Shown piece by piece: positions 55,588 to 63,022 of a stretch of DNA of 64,000 nucleotides. The position numbers and the translations under genes are program-made. The stretch covers positions 1,227-65,226 of the forward strand of contig CAYJLV010000022.1 in NCBI GenBank assembly GCA_964371405.1, written 5' to 3'. The DNA is from an uncultured Burkholderiaceae bacterium (GTDB lineage: Bacteria > Pseudomonadota > Gammaproteobacteria > Burkholderiales > Burkholderiaceae_C). The notes below the pieces were generated by a model. That model ran no database searches. It was not told the origin of the DNA and worked only from the letters and a program-made list of their open reading frames with translations. How positions within the stretch are numbered: the first letter of the stretch is position 1; every line of letters starts with the position of its first letter.

Positions 55588-57312
55588 ATGCCCTCGCTTT
55601 CGTCGCGCCTCGCGCGCATCGCCCCGTATTACGCGAGCGGACGCCGTGGCTTCGTCGTCGCCATCGCCGCGATGGTGATCGCAGCAGCGACCGAGCCGGC
55701 GATTCCCGCATTGCTGCAGCCCGTGCTCGACCGCGGCTTCCAGCAGGGCACGCTGCCGCTGTGGTTCGTGCCGGCGGCGCTGATCGGGCTGTTCCTGGTG
55801 CGCGGCAGCGCCGGTTACCTGGCCGATATCGCGCTGGCCTGGGGCTCCAACCGCGGTCTGTTCGAGTTGCGGCGCACGATTTTCGAGCGCGTGCTGACGG
55901 CGCAGCCGGCGCTGTTCGGCGGGCAGTCGGCGAGCAGCCTGACCAACACCGTCGTCTACGAGGCGCTGCAGGGCTCGAACCTGCTCGTCTACTCGCTGCT
56001 GACGCTGCTCAAGGACTCGCTGGCCGTCGTCGCGCTGCTCGGCTACCTGCTGTGGCTGAACTGGCAGCTCACGCTGTTCGTGCTGGTGCTCGCGCCGGCT
56101 GTCGCCATCGTGATGCGGGTCGTCAGCAAGCGGCTGCACCGGCTGACGCTGCAGAGCCAGACCGCCACCGACGAGCTGGCCTACGTCGTCGAGGAGAACG
56201 TGCTCGCGTGGCGCATCGTGCGGCTGCACGGCGCGGCGGCGCAGCAGGCGGCGCGCTTCGCACGCAGCAGCGAATGGCTGCGCCGGCTGATGCTGAAGTC
56301 GACCGCCGCCGGCTCGTCGGTAACGCCGATCACGCAGATGATGGCCGCCGCCGCGCTGTCGGCCGTCATCGCCGTCGCGCTGTGGCAGGGCAAGGAGGGC
56401 GGCACTTCGGTCGGCGGCTTCGTCGCCTTCGTCACGGCGATGCTGATGCTGATCGCGCCGGTGAAGCGCCTGTCGGACCTGGCCGGCCCGCTGACGCGCA
56501 GCCTGACGGCGCTGGAGCGCGGCGTCGCGCTGATCGAGGCTCACCAGCCCGAAGCCGGCGGCACGCACGACCCCGGCCGCGCGAAAGGCCACGTCGAGCT
56601 GCGCGACGTGTCGGTCCGCTACCGCGATGACCAGTCGCCCGCGCTCGACGGCGTGACGCTCGAATTGCGCCCGGGCGAAGCCGTCGCGTTGGTCGGCCCC
56701 TCGGGCGGCGGCAAGTCGACGCTGGTCAACCTGCTGCCGCGCTTCATCGAGCCGACCGGCGGCGACCTGCGCCTCGACGGCCACCCGATCGACTGGTGGG
56801 AGACGCAGGCGCTGCGCCGCCAGTTCGCGCTGGTCAGCCAGGACGTCGTGCTGTTCAACGACACGATCGCCGAGAACGTGTGCCTCGGCGGCACACTCGA
56901 CCGCGAGCGCGTGCAGGGCGCACTGCGCAGCGCCAACCTGGCGGACTACGTCGCGACGCTGCCCCAGGGCATCGACACCATGATCGGGCACAACGGCAGC
57001 GCGCTGTCGGGCGGCCAGCGCCAGCGGCTGGCGATCGCGCGCGCCATCTACAAGGACGCGCCGATCCTGATCCTCGACGAGGCGACGTCGGCGCTCGACT
57101 CCGAGTCGGAGCGCTCGGTGCAGTCCGCGCTCGAGCTGCTGATGAAGGGCCGCACCTCGCTCGTCATCGCGCACCGGCTCTCGACGATCGAGCGCGCTGA
57201 CCGCATCGTCGCGCTCGAGGCCGGTCGCATCGTCGAACAGGGCACGCACGCCGAGCTGCTGGCGCGCGGCGGCCTCTATGCACGCCTGCACGCCTTGCAG
57301 TTCAGGAGTTGA
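55588..57312 (+). CDS. msbA: lipid A export ABC transporter permease/ATPase MsbA
   Basis: Six-TM domain plus NBD (GPSGGGKST, LSGGQRQRLAIARA, ILILDEATS). 574 aa. Confidence 0.85.
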   Translation: MPSLSSRLARIAPYYASGRRGFVVAIAAMVIAAATEPAIPALLQPVLDRGFQQGTLPLWFVPAALIGLFLVRGSAGYLADIALAWGSNRGLFELRRTIFERVLTAQPALFGGQSASSLTNTVVYEALQGSNLLVYSLLTLLKDSLAVVALLGYLLWLNWQLTLFVLVLAPAVAIVMRVVSKRLHRLTLQSQTATDELAYVVEENVLAWRIVRLHGAAAQQAARFARSSEWLRRLMLKSTAAGSSVTPITQMMAAAALSAVIAVALWQGKEGGTSVGGFVAFVTAMLMLIAPVKRLSDLAGPLTRSLTALERGVALIEAHQPEAGGTHDPGRAKGHVELRDVSVRYRDDQSPALDGVTLELRPGEAVALVGPSGGGKSTLVNLLPRFIEPTGGDLRLDGHPIDWWETQALRRQFALVSQDVVLFNDTIAENVCLGGTLDRERVQGALRSANLADYVATLPQGIDTMIGHNGSALSGGQRQRLAIARAIYKDAPILILDEATSALDSESERSVQSALELLMKGRTSLVIAHRLSTIERADRIVALEAGRIVEQGTHAELLARGGLYARLHALQFRS

Positions 57313-57315
57313 ACC

Positions 57316-57906
57316 ATGACGAATCCGCCCATCAGCCGCTGGCCGGTGCCCGCCCTCGAAGATCTGCCCGACGACATCCGTGTGCGCATCCTCGAAGTGC
57401 AGGCCAAGGCCGGCTTCGTGCCCAACGTGTTCCTCACGCTGGCGCACCGCCCCGACGAGTTCCGCGCCTTCATGGCCTACCACGACGCGCTGCTGCTGCG
57501 CGAGTCGGGCCTGACCAAGGGCGAGAAGGAGATGATCATCGTCGCCACGAGCGGCGCCAACGGCTGCCTCTACTGCGTCGTCGCGCACGGTGCGATCCTG
57601 CGCGTCTACGAGAAGAAGCCCCTCATCGCCGACCAGATCGCGGTCAACTACCGCAAGGCCGACCTCACGCCGCGCCAGCAGGCCATGCTCGACTTCGCGA
57701 TGAAGGTCTGCACCGACTCGGCCGCCATCGCCGACGCCGAATTCGACGCGCTGCGCGCGCACGGCTTCGGCGATGAAGACATCTGGGACATCGGCGCCAT
57801 CACGGCCTTCTTCGGTTTGTCCAACCGCATGGCCAACCTGATCTCGATGCGGCCGAACGACGAGTTCTATCTGATGGGGCGGGTGCCGCGGGCGGCGAAG
57901 AGCTGA
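57316..57906 (+). CDS. AhpD-like / carboxymuconolactone decarboxylase family peroxidase-related protein
   Basis: CMD-domain motif with CxxC (GANGCLYCVVAHG). Starts 4 nt after the msbA stop. Confidence 0.8.
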   Translation: MTNPPISRWPVPALEDLPDDIRVRILEVQAKAGFVPNVFLTLAHRPDEFRAFMAYHDALLLRESGLTKGEKEMIIVATSGANGCLYCVVAHGAILRVYEKKPLIADQIAVNYRKADLTPRQQAMLDFAMKVCTDSAAIADAEFDALRAHGFGDEDIWDIGAITAFFGLSNRMANLISMRPNDEFYLMGRVPRAAKS

Positions 57907-57989
57907 GCGGCGTAGCCGAGTACCTTCTCTGCGAACGCGATCATGTCGTCGATGTCGAAGCGCCATTCGCGATCGGCGGGTTCAGACAT
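57867..57989 (-). pseudogene. N-terminal stub of a DUF86/HepT-type toxin gene
   Basis: MSEPADREWRFDIDDMIAFAEKVLGYAAQ resembles the DUF86 N-terminus. The frame then runs antisense into the ahpD-like 3' end and stops after 40 codons, whereas full-length proteins have about 115-140 aa. Confidence 0.5.
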
Positions 57990-58002
57990 GGACTGCCTCG
58001 CG

Positions 58003-58194
58003 CTATTTGAACGGCTGCAATTCGGGCCGCAGCGCCTTGTCGGTGACGAGATCGACCGGCCGCCCGAGCAGATCCTCCAGGAAGAACTGAATCCCAAAGC
58101 AGCGATCCGACGTGGCAGGGCCGTTGAAGGAAGCCAGGATGTCGACGTCGCTGTCGGATCGTGCTGCATCGCGCGCGGTCGATCCGAGCGCGGT
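58003..58194 (-). pseudogene. minimal nucleotidyltransferase (MNT antitoxin) remnant with in-frame TGA and no start codon
   Basis: Reads (TGA)TALGSTARDAARSDSDVDILASFNGPATSDRCFGIQFFLEDLLGRPVDLVTDKALRPELQPFK*. This is a GS-x9-13-D-x-D NTase core. The upstream frame has no ATG/GTG/TTG start. Its stop lies 13 nt before the HepT stub ATG. Confidence 0.55.
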
Positions 58195-58299
58195 TCATTC
58201 GAGACTCTGATTCTCAGCGAGGTCGATACGAGCGAAGTCTGGGCGCAGTCCTGTCAGATCCCGATTGTCGCTGCGTCTCGTCGATGCACAGGCAACCCC

Positions 58300-58521
58300 T
58301 CACAGCAGCACGATGTCGTATTGAGGGGGCGGATTCGGAAAGCGTTGACGGGACAACGACTTGCGCTCACGCCCTCGGCTTGTGTCGGTTCGAGCTACCC
58401 GTCTGGCTACCCTCGACCATCGGGCTTTGCCGAGACGCCGAAACACGTCGTGATCCACAAGGTCATCGCCCGAGACGTTCATCTTGATGAAGGCTACACC
58501 AATCCCGTTTGGGATCCGCAT
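58300..58521 (-). other. 73-codon ORF ending in an RNase G-like C-terminus (possible displaced rng 3' remnant)
   Basis: Ends ...QRFPNPPPQYDIVLL*, compared with the rng end ...AEPTGSPERYDIVLM*. Its ATG shares one nt with the HEPN stop (TGATG). Coding status is uncertain. Confidence 0.3.
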
Positions 58522-58928
58522 CAGAGCACGCCTTCCGCCCAGGCTGCGAACTCGTCCAACTCGACCAGCAGCCGCTGCGCCTCTTCGCGCGTGGTGCTTC
58601 GAGCGCCATAGTTGACTTCATCCTTGCGGCCGATCAGCTTGCGAAAGAATTTCTCCTGCTTGTCGGGCAGGCGGTTGCCCAACACCTCGCGCAGGAGCCT
58701 CGGCGCACTCTGGTGGTCCTGCTTGTTGACCACGCCCTTAGCCTTGGCTGTCACCGCGTCGCCGTACGCGATCGTCGCGGTGACCATCAGCGTGATGGCG
58801 CCGTTGTAGCTCTTGCTCTGGCCGAGCACGACCAAGCTGCGCGCCGACTCGTGGAACTCGCGCGCCTGCAGCAGCCGAGCCGACGAATGCACGGCGTCGA
58901 CCGCCTTGCGAGGGCCCTGATTCGTCAT
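58521..58928 (-). CDS. HEPN-like protein
   Basis: 135 aa and helical. ARLLQAREFHESARSLVVLGQSKSYNGAITLMVTATIAYGDAV ... GRKDEVNYGARSTTREEAQRLLVELDEFAAW has a HEPN-like layout. It shows R101-x5-Y107 where the canonical motif would be Rx4-6H. Its ATG overlaps the NTase stop (ATGA). Confidence 0.6.
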   Translation of the reverse strand: MTNQGPRKAVDAVHSSARLLQAREFHESARSLVVLGQSKSYNGAITLMVTATIAYGDAVTAKAKGVVNKQDHQSAPRLLREVLGNRLPDKQEKFFRKLIGRKDEVNYGARSTTREEAQRLLVELDEFAAWAEGVL

Positions 58929-59575
58929 GCGGTTGCCTTCGCGAGCCTCCGGCGCGCTTGATCGGGCGCCGCGCCCTTGAGGACTCGGCCATCACGCACG
59001 ACATCGGACCACCAGGGGTCGTCTTCGGGTAGGGCCGCCAGCTCCTTCGGCGTGAGCGCCGTCAGCGAGATGCGCAGTTGCTGGCCATCTTCGAGAGGCA
59101 TCAGATCCTCCCGGACCTGATCGGCCACAGCCTGTGAGCGGACCAGGATCGCGATGTCGAGATCGCTGGCGGGCGAGTCCTCCCCGCGTGCGACGCTGCC
59201 GTAGAGCCACGCAGCGCTGACCGCCGGGCCGCGCCTGGCCAGTACCTCGCGGATCGATTCGAGCAAGGCATCCCAGCGCCGTTGTTCTTCCTGAAACAGA
59301 GCGACGAGCGCGCCGGAAAAAGGGTGTGACGGTTTCAGTGCGTACAGCTGAGTTCGCCCTGAACCGTGGATGATCACCAGTTGCTGTCGGGCGAGCGTGT
59401 CCAGAACCAGCCTAACGCCCTGCGGCGTGAGGCCTGCCACCCCGGCGAGTTGTGGCGCCGATTGCGGTGCCCGGTCTGCCACCAGCGCGCGCAGGACGCG
59501 CACGCTTCCGGCGCTACCCAGGATGCTGGTGAGCGGGTACCGAAGGTGGCTTTGGGTCTGGGACAGCGCAGGCAT
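58925..59575 (-). CDS. winged-helix DNA-binding domain fused to a minimal nucleotidyltransferase
   Basis: N-terminal MarR/ArsR-like wHTH (VRVLRALVADRAPQSAPQLAGVAGLTPQGVRLVLDTLARQQLV). NTase motif LYGSVARGEDSPASDLDIAIL (G126-S127 ... D138-x-D140). Confidence 0.75.
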   Translation of the reverse strand: MPALSQTQSHLRYPLTSILGSAGSVRVLRALVADRAPQSAPQLAGVAGLTPQGVRLVLDTLARQQLVIIHGSGRTQLYALKPSHPFSGALVALFQEEQRRWDALLESIREVLARRGPAVSAAWLYGSVARGEDSPASDLDIAILVRSQAVADQVREDLMPLEDGQQLRISLTALTPKELAALPEDDPWWSDVVRDGRVLKGAAPDQARRRLAKATA

Positions 59576-59580
59576 GCCGA

Positions 59581-59609
59581 AACATATGACTTTGCTTACG
59601 ACAAGTCAA
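59581..59609 (-). promoter_or_regulatory. sigma-70-like promoter TTGACT-N17-TATGTT for the wHTH-NTase/HEPN pair
   Basis: On the minus strand, TTGACT (59609-59604), a 17-nt spacer, then TATGTT (59586-59581). Only 5 nt (tcggc) lie between the -10 and the ATG at 59575, and there is no SD. Confidence 0.5.
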
Positions 59610-59632
59610 GTTTCTCTATGGAAAGTTGACTT
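59603..59632. promoter_or_regulatory. 12-bp inverted repeat overlapping the -35 (candidate autoregulatory operator)
   Basis: aagtcaagtttc-tctatg-gaaagttgactt has 11 of 12 complementary positions. It lies in a very A/T-rich spacer (22 G+C in nt 59581-59640). Confidence 0.5.
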
Positions 59633-59753
59633 CTCACTACGCAACCCTACTCGGGTGCACCTGCCGCCGCACTTCGCGGGAGGCACTCTCAACCAGGCGT
59701 CTAGTCCCAAGATGGGACTTCGGTCAATCTCGAGCCCTCGACGGCCGCTTCCA

Positions 59754-61349
59754 TCAGCCCGACCTCCAAACGAGTTCCTCGTCGATGACCTCGATGAACC
59801 TCGCGGCAGTGAAGCCGCCGGGGTAGAGCCCTTCTCGATCCTGCGAGGCCCGCGGTTGCCGCTCAGCGCTTCTCTCGGAGCGCGCAGACAGCAGTCCTTC
59901 CGGGTCGTCGAGCAGGTGGCGGTCGTCGCGCAAGGCGATGAGGATCTCCTCGAGCGAGACCTTGAGGAAGCCGGAGAAGCGCTGGTGATCGCACTCGATG
60001 GACGTGTCGACGATCCAGCCATGGACGTCGGTCAAGGGCACGTGCGCAGGGCCGCCGAACGCCTCGACCAGCGAGGAGTCGACCTCCAGCGCCGACCGCA
60101 CTGCGGCAAGCTTCCGACCGATCTGCCGGCCCGCCCTGCGCAAGGTGGATGTCCCGTGCACCCAGGCGTCGCGCTGTGACTGGCGCACGTAGGTCGACTT
60201 GATCTCCAGGACGAACAGATGGCCGTCGCGTGCGGCGATCACGTCGACCTCACCGGCCTCCTTCGCGTCGGCGGGAGGATTCCAGTTCGTCACGACGCGG
60301 AAGCCTCTCCCGCGCAGAAGGTCCGCCAGCCGAGTCTCGATCTGCTGTGTCTCGTCCCGAGCCTCGGTGCGCCGTGACCCCAGGCGGCGCAGATTGTTGA
60401 TGGCCGCAGTGCTGTTGTTCTGCGTGCCGACGACCCAGGGCAACTGGACGAACGTCGCGCCGAACCGGAGCACCGGGCGCTCGAACAGGCGTGGATGCAG
60501 TCCGCCCTCACCGCGCTGGAGCCGCTCGGCGATCGCCACGAGGTCATAGGTCCAGAAGTCCAGGATCGCCGCGGCCATTCGGGCGCTGCCCTGAGGCTGC
60601 GCGTCGTTGACCGTCCAGCCGGTGATGTTCGCGATCCTCGCCGACCGATCGGACCAGGTCAGCGGCCAGCGGTTCTGCAACCCATCGCGCAGGCCGTTGA
60701 AGGCCAGTGCGCGCAGGCCGGCGATCCAGTCTCCGCTCTGCGAGGTCAGCACCGCGAACTCGGCGAGGAAGTCGCGCAGGAAGAACACCGACATCAGCTC
60801 CAGCGAGAGCAAGGCCTGGAACAGATCCACGCTCTCGCCGGACTCGGCCACGACCCGGTCGCCGACCCCGTACACCTCGCGCAGGCGCAGCTGGGTTCGC
60901 ATCGCCCGGATGTAGGCGAGCCGGTTGTGATCCGCGTTCTCGGGACTGCCGATTCGGGCATGTGCGAGCGCCGAGTCGGCAAAGGCACCGGCAGCCCGGT
61001 AGAACCAGTAGCCGTGCAGGCGCTCGAGCTTGCTGCCGTCGCAAGACCAGCGGGCCCTGCTTGCCGGATCGATCTCGACAATCTCCAGTCGGTTGCCACG
61101 TCGCTCGAATCGGATCGAGTCATCGTGGCAGAAAGCGTCGATGCTTCTCGACATGAACTCGTCGAGCTCGATCTGCGCCTCCAGCATCGTGCCGAAAAAA
61201 TCCAGCGTCGCGTGCGCGGCTGAAGCGTCCGGGAACTCCGGGAACAGCGCCGCCGAGATGAAGCTCCTGACAGAACCGGCGATGGCCTGGTCGTCCAGGC
61301 GCAAGGACGCCGGGGCAGCGCTTCGCAGCTTGCCCCGCTCTCCTGCCAT
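59754..61349 (-). CDS. 531-aa protein with an unrecognised N-terminal region and a C-terminal PD-(D/E)xK (restriction-endonuclease-fold) signature
   Basis: aa 333-384, ETQQIETRLADLLRGRGFRVVTNWNPPADAKEAGEVDVIAARDGHLFVLEIKS, matches the E ... GEiDlIa ... lvfvEvK pattern of YraN/NERD/Mrr-type nucleases (D369, E382, K384). AAGGAG lies 8 nt upstream of the ATG. Confidence 0.7.
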   Translation of the reverse strand: MAGERGKLRSAAPASLRLDDQAIAGSVRSFISAALFPEFPDASAAHATLDFFGTMLEAQIELDEFMSRSIDAFCHDDSIRFERRGNRLEIVEIDPASRARWSCDGSKLERLHGYWFYRAAGAFADSALAHARIGSPENADHNRLAYIRAMRTQLRLREVYGVGDRVVAESGESVDLFQALLSLELMSVFFLRDFLAEFAVLTSQSGDWIAGLRALAFNGLRDGLQNRWPLTWSDRSARIANITGWTVNDAQPQGSARMAAAILDFWTYDLVAIAERLQRGEGGLHPRLFERPVLRFGATFVQLPWVVGTQNNSTAAINNLRRLGSRRTEARDETQQIETRLADLLRGRGFRVVTNWNPPADAKEAGEVDVIAARDGHLFVLEIKSTYVRQSQRDAWVHGTSTLRRAGRQIGRKLAAVRSALEVDSSLVEAFGGPAHVPLTDVHGWIVDTSIECDHQRFSGFLKVSLEEILIALRDDRHLLDDPEGLLSARSERSAERQPRASQDREGLYPGGFTAARFIEVIDEELVWRSG

Positions 61350-61374
61350 GCCCAGCTCCTTGGCACCGGATCGC

Positions 61375-61406
61375 AGCTACCACTCTAGCTACCATTCCAG
61401 CTTCCA
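61375..61406. repeat. three 8-bp direct repeats AGCT(A/T)CCA at exact 12-bp phasing
   Basis: AGCTACCA at 61375, AGCTACCA at 61387, AGCTTCCA at 61399. They lie 26-57 nt upstream of the 531-aa ORF start. Confidence 0.5.
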
Positions 61407-61525
61407 AATTCTGGTGGAACAGGGTGGGACTTCAAGAGTCCTGGTGAAGCGCTGAAACCCGGAATCGCCAGGATTCATGCGGGTTTGCGGGTGGCAAGTG
61501 GGTCGGCGTGAGACGCCGTGAAACC

Positions 61526-63007
61526 TCACATCAGAACAATGTCGTAGCGCTCAGGCGACCCCGTCGGCTCGGCCCGCAGCGAGATCGGCTTGCCGATGAA
61601 TTCCGACAGCGCCGCCAGGTGCAGCCCCTCCTCGTCGAGCAGCATCTCGACGACGGCGGCCGAGGCGACGACGCGGAACTCCTTGGGGTTGAACTGGCGC
61701 GCCTCGCGCAGGATCTCGCGCAGGATGTCGTAGCAGACGCTGCGCGGCGTCTTGACCTGGCCCTTGCCTTCGCAGGTCGGGCACGGCTCGCACAGCATGT
61801 GGGCGAGCGATTCGCGGGTGCGCTTGCGCGTCATCTCCACCAGCCCGAGCTGCGTGAAGCCGCTGACGGTGATCTTGGTGCGGTCGCGCGCGAGCTGGCG
61901 CCGCAGCTCGGCGAGCACGGCGACGCGGTGGTCCTCGCGCGCCATGTCGATGAAGTCGAGGATGATGATGCCGCCGAGGTTGCGCAGCCGCAGCTGGCGA
62001 GCGATCGCCTGCGTCGCCTCGAGGTTGGTCTTGAAGACGGTGTCGTCGAAGTTGCGCGCGCCGACGTAGCCGCCGGTGTTGACGTCGACCGTCGTCAGCG
62101 CTTCGGTCTGGTCGATCACCAGGTAGCCGCCCGACTTCAGCTCGACGCGCCGCGCCAGCGCGCGCGTGATCTCCTCGTCGATGCCGTAGAGGTCGAATAT
62201 CGGCCGCTCGCCCTTGTAATGCTCGAGCTTCTTCACTGCACCGGGCGTGAAGGCCTCGCCGAAGGCGCGCAGCGTCTCGTACTGCAGCTTCGAGTCGATG
62301 CGGATCGACTGCGTCGCGTCGTTGGTCAGGTCGCGCAGCACACGCTCGCCGAGGCTCAGGTCCAGGTGCAGCAGCGTGCCGGGCGGCGCCGCCTGGCTGC
62401 GCTCGCGCACCGCGGCCCAGGTGCGGCGCAGGTAGCGGATGTCGTCGGCCAGCTCGGCGTCGGTCGCGTCCTCGGCGTTGGTGCGCAGGATGAAGCCGCC
62501 GCCCACGGTGCCGGCCTCGGGCGCGGCGGCCAGCAGCGCCATGCGCGCGCGAAGTTGCTCGCGCAGCTCGGGCGAACCGATCTTCTGGCTGATGCCGATG
62601 CGCTCGTCCTGCGGCAGGAAGACCAGCAGCCGGCCGGCGATGCTGATCTGCGACGACAGGCGCGCACCCTTGGTGCCGATCGGGTCCTTGATCACCTGCA
62701 CCGTCAGCGGTTGGCCCTCGAACACGAGTCGCTCGATCGGCGGCGGTGCCGCGTCGCCGGCGCCGTTGCGCGCCGGCATGTTGGCGAGGTGCAGGTCGGC
62801 AACGTGCAGGAACGCGGCGCGTTCGAGGCCGATGTCGACGAAGGCCGACTGCATGCCCGGCAGCACGCGCGCGACGCGGCCGGCATAGATGTTGCCGACC
62901 AGCCCGCGTTCGAGCGCGCGCTCGAGGTGCAGCTCCTGGACGGCGCCGTTCTCGACGATCGCGACCCGCGTTTCCTGCGGCGTCCAGTTGATCAGGATGT
63001 CTTGCAT
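61526..63007 (-). CDS. rng: ribonuclease G
   Basis: MQDILINWTPQETRVAIVENGAVQELHLE..., an S1 domain and RNase E/G catalytic-core motifs. 493 aa. Confidence 0.95.
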   Translation of the reverse strand: MQDILINWTPQETRVAIVENGAVQELHLERALERGLVGNIYAGRVARVLPGMQSAFVDIGLERAAFLHVADLHLANMPARNGAGDAAPPPIERLVFEGQPLTVQVIKDPIGTKGARLSSQISIAGRLLVFLPQDERIGISQKIGSPELREQLRARMALLAAAPEAGTVGGGFILRTNAEDATDAELADDIRYLRRTWAAVRERSQAAPPGTLLHLDLSLGERVLRDLTNDATQSIRIDSKLQYETLRAFGEAFTPGAVKKLEHYKGERPIFDLYGIDEEITRALARRVELKSGGYLVIDQTEALTTVDVNTGGYVGARNFDDTVFKTNLEATQAIARQLRLRNLGGIIILDFIDMAREDHRVAVLAELRRQLARDRTKITVSGFTQLGLVEMTRKRTRESLAHMLCEPCPTCEGKGQVKTPRSVCYDILREILREARQFNPKEFRVVASAAVVEMLLDEEGLHLAALSEFIGKPISLRAEPTGSPERYDIVLM

Positions 63008-63022
63008 CTCGTCGGCGGTGCG

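Noticed and set aside
57943-58611. 222-aa plus-strand ORF across the left part of the island.
   Set aside because: It runs antisense to the recognisable MNT/HepT remnants and the rng-like fragment. No family features were seen, and the composition looks non-coding.
61505-61517. Short hairpin ggcgt-gag-acgcc, and the aaacccg...cgggttt stem (about 61457-61487), as the rng terminator.
   Set aside because: The stems are short (5-7 bp). The loop of the second stem is 17 nt and there is no clear U-tract, so both are too weak to annotate.
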